A program made the translations under genes and the position numbers. A DNA stretch of 32,000 bases from Zygophlyctis sp. KS116 (Eukaryota > Fungi > Chytridiomycota): NCBI GenBank assembly GCA_054661495.1, contig BAAFSQ010000079.1:7055-39054 (forward strand), given 5' to 3'. Under the pieces are notes generated by a model. The model did not search any database. It saw only the letters and a program-made list of their open reading frames with translations, and was not told the DNA's origin. This document shows, piece by piece, positions 1 to 10,613 of this stretch. The first letter of the stretch is position 1. Each line of letters opens with the position of its first letter.

Positions 1-2
1 TT

Positions 3-488
3 GGTGAACAGAATGAAATACTAACTATGGCCACAAAATTTATATTCTCTGCGGGAATAGTGGGCGTGGAGAGTTCATTCTTTGTAGAAATTTTATGTTG
101 GGTTTCGAATGTTGTTGTTCAAGACATTTCTCTTCATGAAAGGTTCGGAAAATGGCTAATTACTTGCCGATTAAGCAATACTCACCATGATTTTAGTAAG
201 ATATGCAAATGCTTTGAATGGGAGGTTTTTATGAAGAATCTATACCTCATATGCTATTCTAGGAATGAAAAATCAATCTCTACTATTTATTCATCATTAT
301 TAATGCTTATAATCAGTGACATGGATTTTAAAGAGGCCCATTACTTAGAATTAGTTCACAAAATCCCAGCTCCATGTCAAATATTGGAGCAGCCTATTCA
401 TTTAATAGGATTTACAGATGGAGAACTTATTTTTGAACAATTGAAGGGTATAATATGGTCCAACTCAGGGACTTTGCGGAATGACTGA
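3..488 (+). CDS. 3' end of an unidentified protein-coding gene running in from the left edge
   Basis: Frame is open from position 3 to TGA at 486-488. No family recognised. It overlaps the BRAP stop region by 24 bp. Confidence 0.5.
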   Translation, partial: GEQNEILTMATKFIFSAGIVGVESSFFVEILCWVSNVVVQDISLHERFGKWLITCRLSNTHHDFSKICKCFEWEVFMKNLYLICYSRNEKSISTIYSSLLMLIISDMDFKEAHYLELVHKIPAPCQILEQPIHLIGFTDGELIFEQLKGIIWSNSGTLRND

Positions 489-2013
489 AGCTCCTGCTAT
501 TTCACTATTTTTTGATGACTGGTTTAAAGTTTCAAGATAAAACATTAGATCACGCACCTGCTCTTTCAATTCTTTGATTTCTTCGGTTTTTCCCATGAGT
601 TGTTTATCCTTTTCGTTAAGCATGGACCTAAATAAACTTTGATCGTGAAGTAAAGATGAAGACACTGCTCTTTCTTCCATTAGATCTTTTTCTAGATTTT
701 GCATTTTCTTCATCATTTTATCCATTTTCTTTTCAATATTTTTCATATCTTTTTTCAAGAACCCAGTCTTTTCATTATTTGACTCACTATCCACCAGTAA
801 TGATTGTTTTTGTAGACTTAATGATTCAATTTGTCCTATCAAATGGCTTAATTCTGATTCATGAGTTTTTTCCAGTTTTTTCAAAAGAGATTCAAAGTAT
901 GTACGTTGTGATTCAAGCTGTGTAGCAAGCAATGTAGCAAAATCTCCTTGACTCGCTTCATTTTCTTTTGAAGATGAACTTATCAATTGGGTAGATGCCG
1001 ATGGCATTCCCAACTCTACCAATTTACCATCTTCTCTATTTCTTAACAATCGATGAACATATAAGTCCCCAGCATAATCCCAAACGCGCTGTGTTTCAAG
1101 CTCTAGAGAATAAAGATGTGTAGACGCTAAATAATGCTCTCTAGCATGCCCAGACTTGTACCTCCCACAACCAATATTTCCACATATTAAGCAAATCCAA
1201 CAATCACTAGAAGTCCCACATTTCCCACAAACTGATGTACTATCTGTTGAAGAGAATCTTCTTTAAGCTATTTAAAAAACTTACCTACAAACAGGACATG
1301 ATGATTCTCCCCACTTTACTATGCAACCACAATGAAACGTATGTTGACAAATATTTGTCAAAAGTCCAGTCACTGAAGAATCCAATCTTTCTAAACATAC
1401 GGGACAATTTGGTAATTCTACTCCAAGCGTTTCTTTCCCTTCATATTCCCCTTGTACCTGATATTGTATCGAATTAACTATTACTATATGACATGTTTCA
1501 TTTTCAAGAGCGTTATATTTTCTATAGTATTAATAATTTTACAAAGAATATCTAGTACCAACCGCTTTGCAATCAGTATTAAATCGACACAAAAACATAC
1601 ACTCCATCAAGTTCCCTTATTAAACATGATCTAGACTCCACATCTCTCAATTGCAAAATCGCCATATACCTCCCAGTATTAGAATCCTTTAGCAAATATA
1701 AATGAAGAATATTGGGCGATAAACAATCCAGAAACATCAACAGATCTCTTGGGGTAAATAGAGCAGGAACTGCTAAAATAGCAGCCCAAGTGCTACATTC
1801 AATATTTTGAGGATTTTCAGATTTTATAATATGCAATATTGCATCATTAGCATTAAAGCTTGAGACTTGCGGCCATACACATTCGATCCCAACACTTGCA
1901 AACCTGCAGTCATTCATTTGTACAAATTTAAGTTTTGTAGATTTCCAAAAGCGATCAAGAAAACGGGGAAATTTCTGTTGATATTTAAAAGTAAATACAA
2001 GATCAATGATCAT
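465..2013 (-). CDS. BRAP: BRAP2/ETP1-like RING-finger ubiquitin ligase (BRAP2 domain, RING, ZnF-UBP, coiled coil), ~481 aa
   Basis: Spliced with introns 1522-1600 and 1261-1284. Motifs: ILAVP..TPRDLL, ELPNCPVCLERLD...CQHTFH..C, CPVCR, CWICLICGNIGCGRY..GHA.EHY, TQRVWDYAGDLYVHRLL, LKEQVRDLMFYLE. Confidence 0.92.
1522..1600 (-). other. 79-nt GT-AG intron in BRAP, the longest intron I resolved in the window
   Basis: GTATGT donor and TAG acceptor. Removal joins ELDG-V-KYNALENETCHIV, matching the BRAP2 NG..FNSLE...CH motif. Confidence 0.8.
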
Positions 2014-2094
2014 TCAATGTCCTCTGGACGTTTAAATTGATTTCAAGTGAGGCGTAGTTGCGGTTACGTCACCAACGACCAAACAATAAACATA

Positions 2095-5000
2095 ATGGAA
2101 GTTTCTGACATTGCTGAATGCATCGATGTCCCTGGGACTCTTATTGAAAGATGCTCTAAACAGCTTCCATACACTTTTTTAGGATCGAAATGCTTGATCG
2201 CTCTAGGACATGAGAATTCCTCAAAAGATTCTGCTTCTAAATCTTGGGCTCAGTCAGTAAAGGAACTGGATATTCCTGAGACTCCGCATATATTCTCAAT
2301 GTCATCCAATGCATATTTAGATATGACTAGATCAGAAAGAGATCAATCTATACTTTTGGTGTAAGATGAATTAATTAACTGTAAGGGGAGAATCAGGATC
2401 AGGAAAGTCGATTTCCAGAAAATTACTCATTAAAAATATGTGTGATCTTGGAAGACCAGTCAATGCTAAAAAGAAAACTAAAATTCATAGTAGGATTTTA
2501 AAAGTAGATTCTATACTTTCTGCATTTGGACATGGAGCTAATTCAAATAATCCAAATGCAACTTGCTTTATTCCATACTTTGAATTTCAATTTAATTCTC
2601 ACGGAGAGATTGTAGGAATGAAGACTATAGATTATCTTTTGGATAAATCGAGAGTTACAGGTGCAGAAGACGGTGGACGGAATTTTCATATTTTCAATGA
2701 TTTGTTTGATGATTTGACACCTCAAGATAAAAACGAACTTGGTTTAACTGATCCAGCTCATTTTACTTATACTTCTGGATCTCTTCGGGTTTTAGGGCCC
2801 GGAGACAGAGGAGGAGTCTTGACTGAACTCACTGAAGATCTTCACTCTGTAGGTATTGGAAAAAGAGAAACTTCTGCTATTTTTAGATTAATTGCTACCA
2901 TTTTGCATTTAGGCAATATTTTCTTTATCAATAGTCCAAAAGTAGGAGAAGCTGCAGAGGTTAAAAACATGCAAAAACTTGAACAAGTTGCAGAGTTTTT
3001 AGGTCTGGTTCCAAATTACCTGCAATTTGTTTTGACTTACAGAATGAAGAAAATTGGAAAGGATTTTGTGGCTGAAAACTTGGATATGGACGGGGCTTGT
3101 CAGCAACGAGATGCTTTAGCTAGAGCTCTATATGCTGGTTTGTTCAGTTGGATTATTGAAAAAATCAACGATAAGCTCTGTCGTCCAGAAGCTGAATGGG
3201 TCAACTTTTTAAGTTTGCTGGATATTCCTGGAATTGTCGGGCTTACCTCTGCAAAAAATGGACTTCAAAGATTATTGATCAATTACGCTAATGAGCGTCT
3301 TTTGAATAGTACATTTAAAAATTTGATTGGTGAATGGACTGATAAATGTACTGCTCAAGAAATTCATCAAAATATCGATCGAGTAGAATTTGGTCGACAG
3401 GTCATTGATCTTTTTGATAGCCCTAGATATGGTATTCTTAATCTTATTGATTCTGACACTGCTCGAGGGACTAATAGCATCGAGCTCTGTAGAAATATCA
3501 TTCAACAAAATGAAGATTCTTCAGTCTTTCTTGATTCTCAGAACTCAAGCTATATGTTTGGAATTAAACATTACGTTGGAGTAATAGAGTATAACTGTAG
3601 CAAATTTATAGATTCAAATTCGGATATTTTACAAGGAGATTTTGTTAGTCTAATCAGAGGATCTCCTGAACAGACAGGAACTACAAATGTTTTTCTGCGT
3701 TCAGTATTTTCAGATCGTTTAATTTCAACTACAACGTCTGCTCGTGATTCTTCGGTTGTAGTGGCTGCTAAAACTACAGATCGTTTCCCATCCATGAAAA
3801 GAAGAAAGTCTGCTACCTTGGAAACAAATGTTGTGCCTGCTACGAATACTGTCGTAAATCAGGTACTTTTCCTCGGAATTTTAACATTAGTTCAAATCAA
3901 ATTATGAAGAGCTATTATCCGCGATTTGTGAGACGAATATGTGGGCTATATTCCATATTAATAGAGGTTCCTCCCTTCATAGCAATAGAGTAGAAAATTC
4001 GACTGTCATTCACCAATCATCTTATTACAACTTCAATAATCTTAAAAATCATCCTGCCTTCAAATATATACATGAAGTTTCGCTGGAAAATTTGGATAAA
4101 AAATATGGAAAAAATTCTATGGATATTGATAAGAAAGAAATACTAGTGGGACGAAAACTTGCATTTTTGACTCAGAAGGCATGGCTCGATCTGCAAAAAA
4201 CTGTAGAGAATCGCTTTAAAGAGGAGGAGATAATACAATATGCCCAATCTGAGCATGATAGCGATACAGCTTCCCATTACGGATCAGAATTTGAAGTTTC
4301 TGGCCCAGGTCGTGGGCCTCATAAATATGAGAATACAGATCAGGATGCTAAAATCGAACAGAAATTGAGACCTCTGCAAAATGAAGAGAGACCCAAAACT
4401 AGGCTCAGGAAAAATTGGCTCATGTTTGTTAGTCTTTCGACATTTTGTTTTCCGACTTTCTGTCTAAGGGCTTTTAAAATGCGAGAAAAAGAGAGACAAA
4501 CCGCTTGGAGGGAAAAGGTGGCACTATGCTGGATAATTTTCTTGATGAACGCATCTCTGCTCTTTTTGATTATTGGTACTGGTTGGCTTATTTGTCGACC
4601 GACACCACAGCTGTCTCCAGGTCAGATTTCAAGCTATAATAACTATGATAATACTGCCTTAGTTTACATGTATGGGGTGTACTATTTGGCTTTTCCAAGT
4701 ATTAGCGGAAAGATTCATCAGGATCAACAGAACAATAAAGAATTTTGGAAAACTGAAATTCTAGGGAGAGACGCATCCTTAATGTTTCCAAAGGATTTTT
4801 TCAGCGCATGGGGTGATTATTGGTAATTCATTAAATCAACTAATTTCTTAGTAAAGATTTCTCTAAGCCCCCTGGTTTCCAAATTGCTGGGGACAGGGCG
4901 ATAAACGATGTTACTCAATATCTCCATAGAGATAATATCAAGGGCCTGATAAATTCTCTGCCAAGAAAAGGAACCGTAGTGTGGGATCAATGGACATTAA

Positions 5001-7352
5001 AAGAATGGATGGATAAAAATAATTACAGATTCTTAGTTCTATATGATAGAGTCTATGATGTTTCCGGATTCTATTTTGGGCCGTATTCAGCATTAAAACA
5101 AAATTTCTTCGGAAGAAGAGTCCAAGAAATATTTGATGATGTATTAGCCAATTATAATCCGAATACAGATGGGAGTAATTTGGACGTCACTGCAGCATTT
5201 AATAAATTCAAAGCGGCAGACCGTGATGCATGGACCAAAGTCATGGACTGCATGAATGGTCAAATGTATGTAGGGAAAGTAGATCATAGAAATGATCTTA
5301 GTTGTAAAATAGCTGATTATATTTTATTGGCGGCTTCTGTGATTCTCGTATCTGTGATCGGATTCAAATTTTTAGCAGCTCTACAGTGTTATTCTCCTTC
5401 ACTTCCCGAAGAAAGTGATAAGTTTGCTATATGTCAAGTACCATGCTATACCGAAGGATATTCTTCATTAAAAGCTGCTATAAATACATTGGCAACGATG
5501 AAGTATGATGACAAACGCAAATTGCTATTTTTAATCTGCGACGGAATGATTATCGGTGCAGGAAATGACCTTCCAACTCCTCGTATTGTTTTAGATATTT
5601 TAGGAGTTGATAAAAATATTGATCCGGAACCACTTGCATATAAATCTCTCGGCGAAGGAAGTATGCAGCTCAACTACGCTAAAGTTTATTCCGGGTTGTA
5701 CGAATCTAATGGTCATACAGTTCCTTATATTGTTGTCGTCAAAGTTGGCAAGCCCAGCGAGAGACAGAAACCAGGAAATAGGTAGACGAAATATACTAAT
5801 TTACTAGAGGAAAACGAGATTCTCAACTCATTTTAATGCAATTTTTATCCAGAGTGCACCATAATCAGCCAATGTGTCCTCTCGACATGGAATTGTATCA
5901 TCAAATGAAAAATGTGGTCGGTGTTGATCCTTCATTTTATGAATTTGTCCTTATGGTAGATGCAGATACGCAAGTGTCTCGTGATGCACTTAGTCGTTTG
6001 ATTTCTCACATGAATCGTGACAAAAGGGTCGCTGGTACATGTGGAGAGACACGAATTTCTAATGAAAGAGCATCTTTCACATCAATGATTCAAATTTACG
6101 AGTATTTTATTTCGCATCATTTGGCCAAGGCGTTTGAGTCCTTGTTTTCAACTGTAACGTGCCTGCCTGGATGTTTTAGTATGTATCGAATCAAGTCTAC
6201 TACAAAAAATGAACCAATTTTGACATCACCTGCTTTGATTCAAGATTATGCTGAAAATCAAGTAGATACTCTGCATCTGCGTAATCTTCTTCATCTAGGT
6301 GAAGATCGATATCTGACTACCCTTATTCTCAAACACTTTCCTAATATGAAAACGACGTTTACACCGGATGCCCTTTGCCTTACAAATGCTCCAGATAGAT
6401 GGGGTATTCTTTTATCGCAGCGCCGAAGATGGATTAATTCTACTGTGCATAATTTGCTGGAACTCATGTATTTACGTGAATTATGTGGATTTTGTTGCTT
6501 TTCAATGCGTTTTGTGGTTTTCGTGGATCTGTTGGCGACTTTAGTACAGCCTGCATCATTGATTTATATTGTTTATCTGATATTCTTTTATGTGATTGGG
6601 GAAAACGTGGGTTTAGATACACAAGTTCCAGTGATTTCTTTGATCCTAATCGGTGCGATTTATGGATTGCAAGTGGTCATTTTCTTATTTAGAAAGGAAT
6701 GGCAGCATATTGGATGGATGGTATTTTATATTATTGCATCTCCATTATTCGGATGTAAGTTCAATTCATTAAAATTTAAGTTTATATTCCATTATATTCA
6801 TTTTGGCATTTTGATGATTTTTCATGGGGAAATACCAGACTTATTGTAGGAGGGAATGGGAAACAAGCGGAAGGCCCTGTAAAAGTTGAGCCAGTAAGAA
6901 ATTTATCCATTAACGTTCAGTTTGATCCTAATACTGTTCCACTCCAAATGTTGAACGAGCAGGAAGCCATGGGTAAAATATCCGAGGATTGGGACGCTAA
7001 ATCAGTGGCTTCATCGAAATTAAGTTATGTCATACGAGGAAACGAAATGTTGGGCAAGATGCCTATTTCCTCTGTAGTAGGCGGGGCTGCATATACTCAA
7101 TCAATTTCACCAGACCAACCCGACATGAGAAGACGAAGTTCTGATGAGAGGGAATCAGTCCAAGGCAAGCATATCCCTTCTGATGATGAATTGTTGAAGG
7201 AAATTCGACATATACTTTCTACAAGTGATTTGATGACTATCACAAAGAAAAAGGTACGCCAGCAGCTCTCAGAATTTTATGGTGTTGATCTATCATCTAA
7301 AAAACAATATATTCATGCTGCTATCGATTCAATCCTAAAAGGTGAATTATGA
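2095..7352 (+). CDS. Chitin synthase with N-terminal myosin motor-like domain (class V/VII type; cytochrome-b5-like, GT2 Chitin_synth_2 and DEK_C domains), ~1700 aa
   Basis: Introns 2361-2385, 3863-3890, 4823-4851, 5782-5807, 6755-6780 (possibly 6894-6920) restore [69 protein letters not shown] and [14 protein letters not shown]-terminus is DEK_C-like ([14 protein letters not shown]). Confidence 0.96.
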
Positions 7353-8519
7353 AGATGGCCTGACTGAATTCATTAGGCTTTGATTTAATTCACGCAATAC
7401 ACTTCTTTCATCATTAAACGGATAGTCTCCTGAACTTTCCCAAACTATTATGCCCTTGAGACCTTTTTCCCATACATACCGTGCCTTTTCAGAAACTGAA
7501 CGTGGAGTGTCATAAGAATTCAAAATCTTCTTCTTGCTATCATAAGAATAAGATGCTTTTGCTTTATCATCCCAGCATTCAATTGCACCTGGACGAGGTA
7601 AACTTTTATAGTCACAAACACCATCTTCCCAAGATCGATCTTCAACTACACCTGAACTGCCATTACCGATCCCTTTTGTATTTGCAAATCCTCTAGAATA
7701 TAAAACAGCTCCAATAACTATTTTATCTGCAGGAACTCCTGCATCAAGATAAGCTTGAACAGCTCTATCAACTGACAATGGAGCATAAGAAGTTGAATAC
7801 AAATTTGAATGATGCCCTGCTAGACATTGCCCCCAACTGGATGATGCAAAATCATAAGTCATGATATTTATAGCATCTAAATAGCAAACCATTTCTACCA
7901 GTGGAAGCGCGGTCATAAAACCTGGATTTCCAGTAGCACATGCAGTTATTTCCATTTTAGGAAAGTACTTTTCTAAGTTGACTCGCAGTAAATATAAAAA
8001 TTGAACAAAATTAGAACCATCTTGAGGAGACGTAGAGTTCCCCTCATTCCCATAATTTTTTCCAGGAGGACTTTTCTAAGATAATAATTGATACCTTAAA
8101 TGTTCCCAATCTAAATCAACTGTATCAAATAGCCCAGGATTAGATTTTAAGATTTCCAATATTCCATTCACAAAGATCGATCGTTTATTTTCAGTAGAAA
8201 CTGCATCTGAAAAATGCCTTGAAAGAGTCCAACCACCAATTGATAGTCCTAAATTAAAAGAAAATTCCTTCTTTGCAGCCTTTAGAGCCCCTAAATTCCC
8301 CTTGAATTTCCCAATTGGCTTCTCGAAATCCGCCCTGTCATTAATCCAATACTCGTACCACTGATCAGTAAAAACTGGAATCCAACCATCTCCCATAGGT
8401 TTTAAATCTAGAAAACAGTAATTAAGATGTGTGATTGCATGCAAAGGCAAATCATAAATCTGGAAATTACGATCATAAGTAGCCCAGTTTGTATGATAGA
8501 CAACCAATCGTTTAGTCAT
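7347..8519 (-). CDS. GH18 chitinase, no signal peptide, ~374 aa
   Basis: MTKRLVVYHTNWATYDRNF, THLNYCF, LSIGGWTLS, catalytic FDTVDLDWE (DxxDxDxE), IMTYDF, SYDT, GIIVWE. Introns 8071-8094 and probably 8335-8358. Confidence 0.93.
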
Positions 8520-8541
8520 TTCGGTAGGTGAAGGAAACAGA

Positions 8542-9236
8542 ATGAGCCTCAATTTGGATATTAATCAACTGAATCTGTCTCATTCAGTGACCGATTTATC
8601 ACTCAATGCATCCAATCCAAAGATTGTAGTTCGAGGCCCATCGGGATGTGGAAAGTCAACATTACTTAAAGCCATTGCTGGATTACTTCCCGTAGAATCT
8701 GGCGATATAAGAATAAACGGCAAGACTTTCTTTGAGATGGGATTGGCTTGGAGAGGCTCATATCTCTATGTTCCTCAATCGCCGCCTCAAATGACTGGAA
8801 CACCATCAGATTTTGTTTTACTTATAAATCAAGTTCAAGTGCAAAAATCAAGGCTTCAAGGAAAAGAAGAAACGCACAAGGAAATTGGACTAGAATTTGG
8901 ATTAAGATTACATTTGGTAAATTATTATAATTCTTATAAAAGTGGGATGAGAATTGGAATTCATTGTCGGGAGGAGAATCTCAAAGAATTTTATTGGCAA
9001 TTGCATTGTCGAGAAATCCTGAAATGTTGCTTCTGGATGAGCCTACAAGTGCTTTGGATGAGATCTCTAGGCTAAAGGTAGAGTATAGACTTAAAAGCAT
9101 ACCTTTTATTTGGATAACTCACGATCCATCTCAGGAAGAAAGGATTAATGCAGAATTTAGATTAACCATACATCAAGGAGGGGATTATATATTTGAGTCT
9201 ATTCAGAAAGAGACAATTCTACCACAAATCCGATAG
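8542..9236 (+). CDS. Stand-alone ABC ATPase (nucleotide-binding domain only; STAR1/FetA(YbbL)-like), ~222 aa
   Basis: Walker [11 protein letters not shown]-loop YVPQ, signature LSGGE, Walker [13 protein letters not shown]-loop ITHD. One 26-nt intron at 8917-8942. Confidence 0.88.
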
Positions 9237-10352
9237 TTACCTTTACAAATTCCATTAAATGAGACCAGTTTATAACGTCAATTGTATCCAAGGGATCACC
9301 ATTGGATTTTACTCGATCATTATATGGGAAAAAGTCCTAAATTGTTAATAAAAATGCAATATACTTCTTTTTTCCCTTCTATTAAAGCAGCAGCTTTATA
9401 TCCATGTTTATACCATGCTGAATTGTCTGTACACGCATAACCACAAAAAGCAGTTGTGGATTTTTCCTGTGAATAATTCTCTACAACAAGATTTAAAAAA
9501 GCAGTAGAGTCTTTAGCAACATAGTCTGTCAACATTCCAATATGTGGAATAGAACCAGGTCTTACATAGCCTGTTTGATCCTATAAAATGTAAATGAGCC
9601 CTTTTTACCAAGTTCAAGTAAGTCAAGACATTAGTTTGAGCTTTAGAGTAAGCATTAGCTACTTCGTTAGATCCGTAAACTCCTTCTTCTTCGCCTGCAT
9701 ACCAATGAAATTCAATCGGACGCTTTGGAACAAAACCAGAAGCTACTAGAACTCTCAAGGTTTCAAAAACTACACTAGATCCAGAAGCACAGTCATCTGC
9801 ACCTGGATTTGGATTTGGTTCTGGAAGATGACTTCCATCTGTCACGTTTAATAAATGAAGTTTTACACGCTATTGTATCAAAATGAGACCCGGTAATCAC
9901 AATATCTTTAGAGGTGGTCCATTTCGGTTCCAATCTAGCCAACACAGAAGGCTGACGTCTCCAAGTACTATTATATCAAAAATTGTATAAAATACTGATT
10001 AAAGAATCTCACTGTTAGTGAAACTTTTGGACTTAAAGATCCTTTTAATCCCAAAACTTGATCATACTATTCATTATCATAAAAACATTACAATCCATTC
10101 TGCTGCTTTGACTCCATTATCACTTTTAAAATAACGATCAGGAAATTCAGTTAGTCTAGTTAAAAATGATGCCGTTTCTTCCACATCAGCCAAGGTCAAC
10201 AGATTAGAAACCACAGACTGTTTTGATGTTCTTAAGGGGATTTCACTGATCGTAGCAGGAGCATTTACAGACGCAACAACATGATTTCTCTGGACTGGTA
10301 AATCAGGTCTGATACATGAAACAACCAATAGATTAGCAAGAAATAGCAACAT
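9199..10352 (-). CDS. Secreted M28 family (leucine) aminopeptidase, ~338 aa
   Basis: Signal-like [13 protein letters not shown], then [39 protein letters not shown], and C-terminal [17 protein letters not shown]. Introns 10067-10091, 9968-9995, 9839-9866, 9581-9608, 9337-9364. Confidence 0.9.
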
Positions 10353-10613
10353 TTTGAATTTTTCTAGTCTAAAGCAGATCACGAGCACTTGCATCAAGAA
10401 TAAGCTGCTTTATATTGCGCTTATAATATACACTGGTACATATAATGGTTACAAATGATATCCTAAAATCATCATCAAAAATATTAGATTAATAAACTCT
10501 CATCTTTCAGCAATTATTTTTATTATTAAATAACAACACTGTGGGCGTACCCGGTGCCGCAATTAAGGGGAACGGGCCGCACCTCTCCTTGCGGCAATCT
10601 CACTAGAATCGAA

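Noticed and set aside
8520-8552. Apparent 5' coding overlap between chitinase ORF (start 8552) and ABC ORF (8542)
   Set aside because: 8552 is a TTG call. The first ATG is 8519, so the CDSs do not overlap.
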